From sequence record KT919973.1: a stretch of 64,000 nt of DNA. One strand, 5' to 3'. Below are positions 18,015 through 27,962 of the stretch, in pieces. The notes below the pieces were generated by a model, which was given only the letters and a program-made list of their open reading frames with translations, was not told the origin of the DNA and made no database searches. The position numbers and the translations under genes were made by a program. Each line of letters opens with the position of its first letter. The stretch's first letter is position 1.

Positions 18015-18914
18015 ATGACTGTATCTAATAGTAACGGTTTACCAGACATTGTTTCTGTTCAAAAACGACTATACCCGTTAATATTTACGCAAATCGTTTC
18101 AGAACAGCCAACAACTCAACCGGTTGCGACTGCGTTCGGTTTCAAATCTGTAGCTGAAGCTGATGACGCGAGTGGGTGGCTGCCACATGGTTTTAGACTT
18201 GATCGCTGGTATGCACAAGTTCAATCATCAAAGCTAAAAACTGAAATCTCACTTGAAACAATTCAAGACATGCAAGCACTTGGTGTCAATGAATCGATTA
18301 TCACAGATTCTATTGCTGATCAAATCGCAGATGACATCAACACTAATATCATCGATGCACTAAACAGTATTTCAACTGTTGGTAGTGCAATTACGCTATC
18401 TGCTATTACTAACCGTTTTGATAAAGGTCGAGAATTATACTCGTTCGTCCATGCATCTGCTGCTGAGATTGAAAAGTCAACGGGTTGTACAGGTACATAT
18501 ATCGTAGCAGGTGGTGAAGCATTTGGTCTATTGACGGGCACTGGTATGGCTACACAGATTGGTGATACTAGCATGTATAAATGTGACTCTGGGTTATATC
18601 TAGTTCATGACAAGTATGCAACGACTGACTACGTAACAATTGGTGTTAAGAAAGAACTTGGTGATTATGAAATCTCAAGTTTAGTATTCAGCCCATACAA
18701 CTTTGACAAAGCAACAGACGCTGGTATTGCATATCAATATAAAACACAAGACTCAAAATCATTCCACCCAATTTACGGTGTGATTGCTCGATACGCATTG
18801 ACCGTTGCACCATTAGAAGATAATCAAACGGGTGCAGTTGAAATCGATTGGGATAATCTTGGTGTTCTTGCGAACAGTTCTAAGCTGTCATACACTCACG
18901 CAGTAACGGTATAA
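18015..18914 (+). CDS. 24: Head vertex protein (gp24-like, short form)
   Basis: Capsid-fold cues (QPTTQPVATAFGFK, SSKLKTEISLETIQDM, DDINTNII, VFSPY, GVIARYAL); late promoter upstream. Confidence 0.7.
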   Translation: MTVSNSNGLPDIVSVQKRLYPLIFTQIVSEQPTTQPVATAFGFKSVAEADDASGWLPHGFRLDRWYAQVQSSKLKTEISLETIQDMQALGVNESIITDSIADQIADDINTNIIDALNSISTVGSAITLSAITNRFDKGRELYSFVHASAAEIEKSTGCTGTYIVAGGEAFGLLTGTGMATQIGDTSMYKCDSGLYLVHDKYATTDYVTIGVKKELGDYEISSLVFSPYNFDKATDAGIAYQYKTQDSKSFHPIYGVIARYALTVAPLEDNQTGAVEIDWDNLGVLANSSKLSYTHAVTV

Positions 18915-18922
18915 GGTGTGAC

Positions 18923-19435
18923 ATGAAAAATCATTATGTAGATAATAAAGCCCTGTACGCATCTTTATGCGAATGGAAAAGCGAAATGAAGAAACACCCT
19001 GATGCTGCAATTCCCGTCCCTGACGTGGTAGCAATCAGTATCATGAAGATCAGCGAGAATTTATCTCGCCGTTACAATTTTAGTGGGTATACTGCAACCT
19101 GGAAAGAAGAGATGATTGGTGACGCAATCGAACATTGCTTGCGCTATATCAAGAACTTCGACACTGACAAGTATAACAACCCACACGCTTATATCACTCG
19201 TATTTGCTTCAATGCGTTTGTACAACGTATTAAGAAAGAAAGAAAAGATACAGCGATTAAATATAAAGTATTCTTATGTGATTCGTCTAACTACTCGATT
19301 GATGGTGAAGAAACTGATTTCGATTTTCTTCAACAGATGTTAGAACGTGTCAATTCTTACGAATCTGGCAAGACTGCTAAAGCTCAACCAGATGAACAGA
19401 AAGAACCACTTAACTTACAGAAATTTTACGATTAA
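18923..19435 (+). CDS. 55: Late-transcription sigma factor
   Basis: HYVDNK, RRYNFSGYT.TWKEEMIGDAIE and NPHAYITRICFNAFVQRIKKE. Confidence 0.95.
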   Translation: MKNHYVDNKALYASLCEWKSEMKKHPDAAIPVPDVVAISIMKISENLSRRYNFSGYTATWKEEMIGDAIEHCLRYIKNFDTDKYNNPHAYITRICFNAFVQRIKKERKDTAIKYKVFLCDSSNYSIDGEETDFDFLQQMLERVNSYESGKTAKAQPDEQKEPLNLQKFYD

Positions 19436-19444
19436 GGAATTAAC

Positions 19445-20890
19445 ATGTTAGGTAACTTTGACTCATTTCTGAGTGAAAATCGCCGTCAAACTCAGGGTGG
19501 TAAAATCTACCCTAAGTTTGGTCAAGTTATTGTTGAGCTAGGCACTGCATCTACTGAGTTCAGCAAAGGCAAAGGCGTTGAAACAACTATCGGCATGATG
19601 GAAAAGGCAAATGAGCTTAAATCTATCATGAGTACTAAACTTGCTGAAGATAAAAACGTCGATGAGAAAAACTTCGATATCAATCTGAGCGAGAACGTAA
19701 GCACAATCAACTTGCTTATGGAAAACGAATTCTTATCATTGCCAGCACATGAGCTACAGCAAGTTAAGTCTATGATCATGTGTACTGAAGCGCGTCTTCC
19801 TAGCATCGTGATTAAAGGCGGTTACTTAGATCAAGTTGTTGCTGAAGCGACTAAGCTTGGTTATAAGAAAAATGACATTCACGTTGTTTTCCCTATGCGT
19901 GAAATGAAAATTAATCTTGCTGATTCTGATAAGCTTGTAATTGAATCGCTATCAATCGACGACAATTCAGCCTCCGAAGTACTGTCAATGGCTGAAAACA
20001 TCGAGCTTGGTGACGTTTATGTGACTGTTGAATCGGTTGATTCAAAAGCCGAACTGTCTGACATCACTGAGATGAAAATCAAGTCTGGTAAAAATGCACT
20101 TACATTGGCTGCACTGAACCGTAAAATCATGGACTTGTTCATTGTAAAAGAAGCGAAAGACGTATCATACGCTCGTGAACGTAAAGACGATACTGGCTTG
20201 CCGATGCTAGAAGGCTTCAAAGCATACGATCTGAAACAGAACATCACCATGATTGAACATGCTCAGAACGTTTTCACGAAAGAAATCGCGACTGCGCCAC
20301 TGACATCGACTGCATGGCAAAATCTTGTTGATGTGAAAGAAGCGTATTTTGACAACGGTTGGAAGCTGAAACACAACAACACAAGTATTGTTCTAACAAA
20401 CGCGGAACATGCTATGCGTGCAAGTCGTACGTGTTATGAATACCGTGTTGAACTGTCTGAAGCTGGTTACCCGCTTCTTGATATGATTGCGATGATGGAA
20501 CGTAAAGGCGTGAAACGTTTTGACTGTAAAGCATTTGCTGAAGCTATGCTATCGTTCGATGGTTGTGTTACCCCTGAGCGTCAAACAGTGACTGCATTTT
20601 CAACAATGGCTGAGTCGAATCGTGTATTCCACCCGAATATCATGTCTAGTCTACGTCCAGTGACTGAAATGGTTGATGATGTTGATTCACTGATTCGTGC
20701 TCTTGCAAATGATCAGTTCAGTTCATTCAAGGTTGGTCAATCTTTCTCTGAAGCGATGCTTGATCAAGAAACACTTTACTCGATGATGGAAAACATCGTT
20801 GAAAACGGCGTTGACGTTTCGGTTGACGGTACTTTGATTGAGTTCAGCGTTAACGCAACGAACTATCTGATTGATATTGATATTAAGTAG
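19445..20890 (+). CDS. Hypothetical protein with a capsid-targeting-like leader
   Basis: 481 aa; MLGNFDSFLSE leader, then GGKIYPKFGQV; function unknown. Confidence 0.65.
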   Translation: MLGNFDSFLSENRRQTQGGKIYPKFGQVIVELGTASTEFSKGKGVETTIGMMEKANELKSIMSTKLAEDKNVDEKNFDINLSENVSTINLLMENEFLSLPAHELQQVKSMIMCTEARLPSIVIKGGYLDQVVAEATKLGYKKNDIHVVFPMREMKINLADSDKLVIESLSIDDNSASEVLSMAENIELGDVYVTVESVDSKAELSDITEMKIKSGKNALTLAALNRKIMDLFIVKEAKDVSYARERKDDTGLPMLEGFKAYDLKQNITMIEHAQNVFTKEIATAPLTSTAWQNLVDVKEAYFDNGWKLKHNNTSIVLTNAEHAMRASRTCYEYRVELSEAGYPLLDMIAMMERKGVKRFDCKAFAEAMLSFDGCVTPERQTVTAFSTMAESNRVFHPNIMSSLRPVTEMVDDVDSLIRALANDQFSSFKVGQSFSEAMLDQETLYSMMENIVENGVDVSVDGTLIEFSVNATNYLIDIDIK

Positions 20891-20897
20891 GTGTGCA

Positions 20898-21545
20898 ATG
20901 AAGCAATTTGGTGAATTTTTAACTGAAGTACAAAAGTACAGTTCCGCAGCAACGTCGATACGTGGTAAAGAAGTAGCAGCACTGGTTAAACTATACAAGA
21001 AAGGTATGTTTACACCGGGTGGTACTGCTCTTGACTATGGTGCTGGTAAATACGGTCGTAACGCTGAATTTTTACGCTCTGAAGGCATCAAAACGTATGC
21101 ATATGACAAATTCAATGGTACATCTGCTGATGGTTGGACTGATGTCAGTCTGACTATCCCAAATGGGGAATCATTCGATACGGCGTTTACTTCTTACGTA
21201 CTGAACGTTGTACCTGAAGAAGTCGAAGCAGAGATTATTCGTGATGTTGAGTCTCGTGCTCGTGGTAAAGTTTTCCATATCACTCGCGGTACTGACATTA
21301 CTCAAACTGTGTTGAACGTGATCAGTGGTAAAAGCAAAAACGATATCATGATGCAATTCATTGCTCAAGAATATCCAGATCTGTCTATGCAGATTGAAGC
21401 AGGTAATGCAACAAGAGACGTGGCTAAAGAAATTGCTACTCGCGGTGTAGTTACAGCGAAAGACAGCTTTCAACGTATTCCAGACCTTTCAAAGTACGGT
21501 TACAAGAAATCTGGTTCAGGTGCTTCGGTAGTTTGGACAAAATAA
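20898..21545 (+). CDS. Class I SAM-dependent methyltransferase-like protein with a capsid-targeting-like leader
   Basis: ATG at 20898, MKQFGEFLTE; ALDYGAGKYG (motif I), AYDKF, FDTAFTSYVLNVV. Confidence 0.75.
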   Translation: MKQFGEFLTEVQKYSSAATSIRGKEVAALVKLYKKGMFTPGGTALDYGAGKYGRNAEFLRSEGIKTYAYDKFNGTSADGWTDVSLTIPNGESFDTAFTSYVLNVVPEEVEAEIIRDVESRARGKVFHITRGTDITQTVLNVISGKSKNDIMMQFIAQEYPDLSMQIEAGNATRDVAKEIATRGVVTAKDSFQRIPDLSKYGYKKSGSGASVVWTK

Positions 21546-21562
21546 TTTCAAATTATTTGAAT

Positions 21563-21639
21563 AAAAGGGTTGCTTCGGCAACCCTTTTTGCGTATTATAG
21601 CTCTATCGAAACGAGATACGAAAACAAAGAGAGTACATT
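21563..21639 (+). promoter_or_regulatory. Terminator/early promoter cassette
   Basis: AAAAGGGTTGC-TTCG-GCAACCCTTTTT; TTGCTT-17 nt-TATTAT; first 40 bp identical to 37290..37329. Confidence 0.85.
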
Positions 21640-21897
21640 ATGATGATTACTGAATCAATTCGCCTTACTACTGTACGTGATATGCTAGACTGCCCTGCTA
21701 CGTCTTTCGCATTCTGGTCGCGAGAATTCATGATTATGCCTGACGAAGATTTAACAATCAAGACAGACGAAGAAAAAGTGACATTTATTCTTCTTGACTC
21801 TATGTGTGTTGTTACTGTAACATTAGACGATACATTAGAAACATTAGAAGCGGAATTCTCAGATGCACTTACAGAACGAGCAAAACGAATAGTTTAA
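21640..21897 (+). CDS. Hypothetical early protein
   Basis: 85-aa ORF after the cassette. Confidence 0.7.
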   Translation: MMITESIRLTTVRDMLDCPATSFAFWSREFMIMPDEDLTIKTDEEKVTFILLDSMCVVTVTLDDTLETLEAEFSDALTERAKRIV

Positions 21898-21944
21898 CTG
21901 CTCGTATTTGTTAGATATAATACTCAAACATTGAAGGAAACATT

Positions 21945-22406
21945 ATGATTTATATTGAAACGAGCAACATTCTATCTGATGACACTCTTGGGTTTGCAAT
22001 TGCAGGTGCGCCTCAAATCGACCAGCTTGAGAAAAAAGAGCGTGACAACGTACTCAATAAAGCAATTGAAGTCAAGCTTTATGAGCGTCTACCGTCAACT
22101 GCTGTCCTTGATTTTCTCTTAAATCAAAAGATTTCATTCATTGCCGTTTTGAGCAAAGTTTCGGTTATTGCTGAACAACAACGCGCTTGGTTTGATACGC
22201 TCGGTAAGCAATTAAACGTTGATGTAATGTACACTGACTTTCAAGAAGTCGAGCATACTCGCGATACACTATTGATTGCTGAAGATCGTCATGAACTGAA
22301 GCTTCACGCTCAGAAAGATGGTAAGATTCTTCCATTTTCAACACATACACAATTTCAATTCATCATCGACCATTTAAAGATTCAGGTCGATACTAAGGAG
22401 CAGTAA
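21945..22406 (+). CDS. Hypothetical protein
   Basis: 153-aa ORF, GAAGGA RBS. Confidence 0.7.
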   Translation: MIYIETSNILSDDTLGFAIAGAPQIDQLEKKERDNVLNKAIEVKLYERLPSTAVLDFLLNQKISFIAVLSKVSVIAEQQRAWFDTLGKQLNVDVMYTDFQEVEHTRDTLLIAEDRHELKLHAQKDGKILPFSTHTQFQFIIDHLKIQVDTKEQ

Positions 22407-22756
22407 TGCAAGAAAAGCCAGATTTACTTAAAGACGACGAAATTGTTGATGTAGTCGATGATCAAGAGGTACAAGAATATCTCGAACAGATTAACGCTCA
22501 ACGCCGTGCTTTGATTGAGAAAGAAGCTAAACGACGCATCAAAAAGAACTCGCGTGAGATTAAACGTCTGCGTAAGCACGCTGAAAAGTGTTTAATTGAA
22601 GAGAACAAAGCGGGTTATATCTACGCAATTCGTAAGCTGCGTTCTATTACTGGTCAAACTGTCGGTGACGATGTGCTTGAGACGCTTTGGGAAACAAGTC
22701 GTGAACAAGTATTGACTATCGTACGCTCTTTCGCAGAAGCGAAAGCGGGTCAGTAA
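22406..22756 (+). CDS. T4 a-gt.4-like protein
   Basis: EKEAKRRIKKNSREIKRLRKHAEKCL...Y.YAI.KLR pattern; lies upstream of 47/46 as in T4. Confidence 0.6.
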   Translation: MQEKPDLLKDDEIVDVVDDQEVQEYLEQINAQRRALIEKEAKRRIKKNSREIKRLRKHAEKCLIEENKAGYIYAIRKLRSITGQTVGDDVLETLWETSREQVLTIVRSFAEAKAGQ

Positions 22757-23220
22757 TGGACATCAAATCAGGCGCTGGTTACCCAGCCAGTGCGCTGTCG
22801 AACTTTGCGCCACACGCATTCACTGTGCGTGGCGTTGAATGTGCTTCAATGGAAGGGTTTCTTCAGTCACTGAAGTTTAAAAACCCTGATATGCAACGTG
22901 AAGTCTGCAAGCTTGTAGGTAAAGTTGCTAAAGCACGCGGTGCAAAGAAGAACTGGCAGCGCACTCAGACACTTTATTGGCAAGGTGAGCCGATTCAGAG
23001 AGGTTCGGTTGGTTATCAATCGTTACTCGATGATGCGTACGCTGCGTTGGCTCAGAACGTCAAATTTCAAAAGGCACTGCTTGCTACTGGTAAAGCTACC
23101 CTTACTCATTCAATCGGGCGTAAGAAGCAGGCAGAGACGGTTTTAACTGTACAAGAATTCTGTAGCCGATTGACAGAGATTCGGGAACATTTGCAGAATG
23201 AAGCTTATGAACGTAGTTAA
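22756..23220 (+). CDS. NADAR-family protein (T4 gp30.3-like)
   Basis: YPASALSNFAPH, CASMEGFLQSLKF, QTLYWQG and ALLATG motifs. Confidence 0.8.
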   Translation: MDIKSGAGYPASALSNFAPHAFTVRGVECASMEGFLQSLKFKNPDMQREVCKLVGKVAKARGAKKNWQRTQTLYWQGEPIQRGSVGYQSLLDDAYAALAQNVKFQKALLATGKATLTHSIGRKKQAETVLTVQEFCSRLTEIREHLQNEAYERS

Positions 23221-23707
23221 ATTGATGATTCGTGCGATTACTCGCGCTAAGAAAGCAAAGCCGATTGTTTACATTGACATGGACAATGTGCTTGTTGACT
23301 TCAAAAGCGGTATTGATGCTCTTTCAATCTGGGAGCGCAATCAATATGAAGGTCGCTACGATGAATGCCCGGGTATTTTCGCTCACATGAAACCACTCAA
23401 CGGTGCAGTTTCTGCATTTGAAATGTTGAACAAACACTTCGATTGCTATATACTGTCTACCGCCCCGTGGGATAATCCCGGTGCATGGCAAGATAAACGA
23501 TTATGGGTTGAGCGTTACTTAGGTAAAGGCGCTTACAAACGACTGATCTTGTCACATAATAAGCAGTTAAACTTCGGTCATTATCTCATCGACGACCGCA
23601 CTAAAAACGGTGCAGGTGAGTTTATGGGCGAACACATTCACTTTGGCACAGACGAATTCCCTGATTGGGCTTCGGTTGTGACTTACCTTACGAGTGAGAA
23701 AAAATGA
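23198..23707 (+). CDS. 5'(3')-deoxyribonucleotidase (HAD, NT5C-like)
   Basis: IDMDNVLVDF, LSTAPW, DKRLWV and YLIDDR; start could be 23207. Confidence 0.85.
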   Translation: MKLMNVVKLMIRAITRAKKAKPIVYIDMDNVLVDFKSGIDALSIWERNQYEGRYDECPGIFAHMKPLNGAVSAFEMLNKHFDCYILSTAPWDNPGAWQDKRLWVERYLGKGAYKRLILSHNKQLNFGHYLIDDRTKNGAGEFMGEHIHFGTDEFPDWASVVTYLTSEKK

Positions 23708-24747
23708 GCAAAATAGCACTGGTTGGTGACTTACATATCGGCATTAAAGATGACGACTTGTGGGTTCAAAACTACCAACGAGAATTCTTCGATTTTATGT
23801 TTGCTGAACTTGAAGAGCGCGGTGTAAAACAGATCATTCAGCTAGGCGACTGGTTTGATGTTCGACGCGGTGCGACTCAAGAAACATTGATGTTTCAGCG
23901 AACGTATCTAAATGGCATGCTGAAGGGATATGACACTCACGTTCTAGTGGGTAACCATGACATGCACTTGCGTGAATGCATTGTACCTAATACACCGTAT
24001 GAAGTACTGAGCATTGTCCCTGATGTGACTATCTATGAAAAACCGACAACGGTTGAGTTTGATGGCGTGAAAATCGACATTATTCCGTGGATTTGTAAAG
24101 AAAATGCGGTTGAAATCGATGAATTCATCAAAAATTCGACATCTGAATACTGTGTCGGTCACTTCGAACTAAATGGTTTTGAATTTCATCGCGGTCAGAA
24201 AGCAACGGGCTGTCTTGATGCTGGCTTCTTGAAGAAGTACAAGCAAGTATGGTCTGGGCACTTTCATACTCAGTCTGAAGCGGGTAATATCAAGTATCTT
24301 GGTACTCCATATACATTGACACTTGCAGATGCTGACGACAAGCGTGGTTTTTGGTTGTTCGACACTGAAACTCATGAAATGGAGTTTATCGAGAACCCTA
24401 ACTGTTGGCATACAAAGCTTTACTTTGATGCCGAGACGTTTGACCCGAAAACAATCCCGAGCTATGAAAACCGTAACGTCAAGATTATCGTTGAACGTCG
24501 TTCAAGCGACAAGCGAGAAATCTCGTTTGATGTCGTCGAAGACCGTATTGCACAAATCGCACATGCGTGTCAAACACTTGATGAATTAGATATCAAGAAA
24601 GATGTTGCTGAAGACATCAAATCGATCAAAGACATTGACGACTATGTTGCTGAGTATGCAGATACGCTTGACGAATCGACTGAAGTTAAGACGAAAGTTA
24701 AATCTATCTTCTCGGCGCTTCGTGCTGAAGCTTTGGAGAATGCATAA
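23704..24747 (+). CDS. 47: Recombination endonuclease subunit (Mre11-like)
   Basis: GDLH, LGDWFD, VGNHD, GHFE and SGHFH nuclease motifs; upstream of gene 46. Confidence 0.95.
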   Translation: MSKIALVGDLHIGIKDDDLWVQNYQREFFDFMFAELEERGVKQIIQLGDWFDVRRGATQETLMFQRTYLNGMLKGYDTHVLVGNHDMHLRECIVPNTPYEVLSIVPDVTIYEKPTTVEFDGVKIDIIPWICKENAVEIDEFIKNSTSEYCVGHFELNGFEFHRGQKATGCLDAGFLKKYKQVWSGHFHTQSEAGNIKYLGTPYTLTLADADDKRGFWLFDTETHEMEFIENPNCWHTKLYFDAETFDPKTIPSYENRNVKIIVERRSSDKREISFDVVEDRIAQIAHACQTLDELDIKKDVAEDIKSIKDIDDYVAEYADTLDESTEVKTKVKSIFSALRAEALENA

Positions 24748-24971
24748 TGGAACGTGAATTAGTAAGTCCTTGTAAAATCTGCGGCAAACTTCCGTTTATT
24801 CATAAGGCGCCAGTAATGGCAAATGGGTGTAGTTTCACAGCGTGGATTGTTGAATGTGACAACGACGATGATGATCAGCGCACTCCTCCTTTCGTTGAGC
24901 ATAGTCTAGTCGTCTATGGTTCTACTAAAGAAGAAGCAGTTGACCGATGGGATGAAATAGCCAATGATTAA
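24747..24971 (+). CDS. Small zinc-ribbon-like hypothetical protein
   Basis: PCKICGK...C; sits between genes 47 and 46. Confidence 0.55.
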   Translation: MERELVSPCKICGKLPFIHKAPVMANGCSFTAWIVECDNDDDDQRTPPFVEHSLVVYGSTKEEAVDRWDEIAND

Positions 24972-27201
24972 GTTTAAAGACGTAACATATAGTAATATCA
25001 TGTCAGTAGGCAACACGCCTATTACAGTAGATTTATCTGAGTTTAATAAGACATTGATTACTGGTACAAACGGTGCTGGTAAATCGACGTTTATCGAAGC
25101 AGTTTGTTTCGCGTTGTACGGTAAACCATTCCGTAATATCAAAAAGACTCAGATAGTCAACGCCGTGAATAAGAAAAAGCTATTGGTTGAAATTACATTT
25201 CAAGACAATAAGCATGTTTATAAAATCATTCGCGGTATTAAACCAAACAAGTTCGAAATCTACAAAGACGATGAACTAATCCCGCAAGAAGCTGCTGTTG
25301 CTGATTATCAAGACATGCTCGAAAAGAACATCTTGAAAATGAGTCTAAGCACGTTTAAACAGATTGCGGTGCTAGGCACAGCGGGTTATACTCCATTTAT
25401 GCTTTTACCTGCTGGTAAACGTCGTGAGATTGTAGAAGACTTGCTTGATATCGGTATCTTCAGTGATATGGCAGCGTTGAACAAAGTTGCGCTGAAACAA
25501 CTCAATGAGAAGATCAAAGATACCGAAGCTGAAATCGAACGTCGAATGGGTGAGCTTAAACTACACATTCAGTTTCAGAAAGAACAGCAAGATAACCGTG
25601 ATGGTGACCTTGCTCAACTTGAAGCGCGTAAGAAAGAAGCTGAAGCAGAGCTTGTACCTATTGGTATTGCAATCGCAGAGCTTGAAAATCAAATCAGCGG
25701 CGATAGCAAGATTCTACGTGATCTGAAACAGAAGCTTGATTTTGAACTGTCAGCGGCAGAAGAAGAGCACGAAACTGAACTTGCTGCGTTAGATTCTGAG
25801 CATCGTGCCAATATCAACGAGATCGAATCTAAACAGAAAGAAGAACTTGATGAACTCAAGGCTAAGCAAACAAGCGAACAGAACGTAATCGACGAGCTGA
25901 ATGAACAAGAAGTTCTCGACCTCGACAAAGAACACTCACAAGAATTGATTGATTTCGATAAAGAGACCGAGAAAAACACACCAGAAGCACCCGATGCTGA
26001 TGCTATTGCTGCTGATACTTCGACGGTGTTGAGCAACAAGAAAGAAATCGCGAAGCTCAAAGAGAATAAAGAATTCTTTGAGAAGAACGGTGACTGTGAA
26101 TGTTCGACGTGTAAGCAAACAATTTCGTCTGATTTCGCGCAAAGTGTCATTGATATGGCTGATTCGCAGATCGCAACTCTTACTGAAGAAAGCAAAGCAC
26201 TTGCTGAAAAGATTCGTGCTGCTCAAGCGCAGTCTAAAGCTCGTAGTGAGTATATTAGCACTCGTGCGAGTGAACGTTCAGCTTTAGATGAGAAACAGCG
26301 TACAGAGCGTTCTGTGCTTGTTAAAAAGCAATCAGAGAAGCGTGCTGAAGTAATCGAAGCGCAGCGTGAAGAAATGTCGAAGAAAACCAGTATTTTCAAC
26401 GATACACTGACGTTGTTACGTGAAGAACAATCTAAAGCTCGTGCAGAATCAGTTGCGCAGTTTGCTGACATCAAAGCGTCATTGACCGATAAGGGTGCGA
26501 GTGAACGCGAAGAATTAGCGAATAACATCGCTAAAGACAAAGCTGAATTAGCGAAAGCAATAACTAACGAGCAGAACTTGACGTCCAAGATTGCGACTAT
26601 CAATGCAGACATTGAAGACGTAAAAGCGAAAGCTGCAACGGAAGACCGCTCGGCGCTGATCAAGAAACTGACTGCTGAAGTTCGTGAAGTGAAGGCAGGC
26701 TTGCAAAATGATTTGCAGACTAAGCACTGTCGTACCATCGTTGGTACATTATTGAAAGATGACGGCGTGAAGTCGATGATCGTTCGCCAGTACATTCCGA
26801 TGATCAACAAGTATATCAATGACTACTTGAAGACCATGAATGCAAACTACAACTTTGTTCTTGATGAAGAATTCAACGAGACGATTAAATCTCGTGGTCG
26901 TGACGACTTTAGTTACACGTCATTCTCTCAAGGCGAACGTTGTCGCATTGACTTGGCATTGCTATTCGCGTTTCGTGACTTAGTAAGTGCTCGTACAGGC
27001 TCAATGACCAACCTATTAGTACTCGATGAAGTATTTGATTCGGCTGCTGATACTGATGGTGTTGATTCTATCAACCAAATCTTGAGCAGTATTCAAGATA
27101 ACGTGTTTATTATCTCACACAGCGAGAAGCATGAACAAAGCATGTTCGATAAGCATATTAAATTTGCCAAGAAAGGTAATTTCACAAGAGAGGTCAAATG
27201 A
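24964..27201 (+). CDS. 46: Recombination ATPase subunit (Rad50/SMC-like)
   Basis: GTNGAGKST Walker A, CSTC hook, FSQGE signature, LVLDEVFD Walker B, ISH. Confidence 0.95.
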   Translation: MIKFKDVTYSNIMSVGNTPITVDLSEFNKTLITGTNGAGKSTFIEAVCFALYGKPFRNIKKTQIVNAVNKKKLLVEITFQDNKHVYKIIRGIKPNKFEIYKDDELIPQEAAVADYQDMLEKNILKMSLSTFKQIAVLGTAGYTPFMLLPAGKRREIVEDLLDIGIFSDMAALNKVALKQLNEKIKDTEAEIERRMGELKLHIQFQKEQQDNRDGDLAQLEARKKEAEAELVPIGIAIAELENQISGDSKILRDLKQKLDFELSAAEEEHETELAALDSEHRANINEIESKQKEELDELKAKQTSEQNVIDELNEQEVLDLDKEHSQELIDFDKETEKNTPEAPDADAIAADTSTVLSNKKEIAKLKENKEFFEKNGDCECSTCKQTISSDFAQSVIDMADSQIATLTEESKALAEKIRAAQAQSKARSEYISTRASERSALDEKQRTERSVLVKKQSEKRAEVIEAQREEMSKKTSIFNDTLTLLREEQSKARAESVAQFADIKASLTDKGASEREELANNIAKDKAELAKAITNEQNLTSKIATINADIEDVKAKAATEDRSALIKKLTAEVREVKAGLQNDLQTKHCRTIVGTLLKDDGVKSMIVRQYIPMINKYINDYLKTMNANYNFVLDEEFNETIKSRGRDDFSYTSFSQGERCRIDLALLFAFRDLVSARTGSMTNLLVLDEVFDSAADTDGVDSINQILSSIQDNVFIISHSEKHEQSMFDKHIKFAKKGNFTREVK

Positions 27202-27662
27202 AACTCGTACCGATGACGGTCGATTACAGTGAAGATATTTACACGATGTGTAAGTATCTTTTACTTAACGACACACACACAGAATGTCCAGAAACGAAGA
27301 TCGGGCGCTTTATGCTCGGTCGTGCGACTGGTCATACAACTTCGATGGTAAAAGCCGCAGAGCGTCTACGTCGTGAAGGTTTCAATGTGCTTGAAGTCTA
27401 TTACAACGAATTGAATCGTTCGATGAATCGCCGTGGTTGGAATCATGACATGGCAACGACTTATGACAAGATCGTCCGTGATGGGTTTTATCACAACGCA
27501 TTCGTAGGTCGTGGCAATGCAAATATGCCAGACATCATCTTGTTTGACACATATTCGTTTGCTGAACAACGCATTCGCGGTGTATCTACGAAAGTAGATG
27601 AATTGATGCATATTTTGCATCGTGAGTTTAACAAGAAAACTGCGTTTTTCTTCATTCAATAG
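27198..27662 (+). CDS. Hypothetical protein
   Basis: 154-aa ORF; ATGA overlap. Confidence 0.7.
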   Translation: MKLVPMTVDYSEDIYTMCKYLLLNDTHTECPETKIGRFMLGRATGHTTSMVKAAERLRREGFNVLEVYYNELNRSMNRRGWNHDMATTYDKIVRDGFYHNAFVGRGNANMPDIILFDTYSFAEQRIRGVSTKVDELMHILHREFNKKTAFFFIQ

Positions 27663-27718
27663 TGTTTAGACCGGTAAATAGTCGTGCTAATATGAGCGCA
27701 GCTATTGAGGAAATGCAA

Positions 27719-27928
27719 ATGAACTTAGACAATTATCAATCTATGCCAGAGATAAAACATTGGGTTATCATTGATGCATTCACTGGCGAAGAAAAAATCA
27801 TCCCTGAGGCTCAACTACTAGAAGCGTTCGGTAAAGAGCGTTGGTTGAAAATCACATCTGGTCTAGACGACTACTTTACTGCTTACGAGTATAACTTTGA
27901 ATATACTGAACGTGGCTTTAAACTTTAA
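27719..27928 (+). CDS. Hypothetical protein
   Basis: ATG at 27719, 8 nt after GAGG; start may be further upstream. Confidence 0.6.
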   Translation: MNLDNYQSMPEIKHWVIIDAFTGEEKIIPEAQLLEAFGKERWLKITSGLDDYFTAYEYNFEYTERGFKL

Positions 27929-27962
27929 TTGAATAAAATATCATAATCTTGAAGGTAAAAGA

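Noticed and set aside
25386-26819. Long antisense ORFs (168-198 aa) opposite gene 46
   Set aside because: Ser/Leu-rich shadow frames of a Glu/Lys/Ala-rich coiled coil, with no RBS or motifs.
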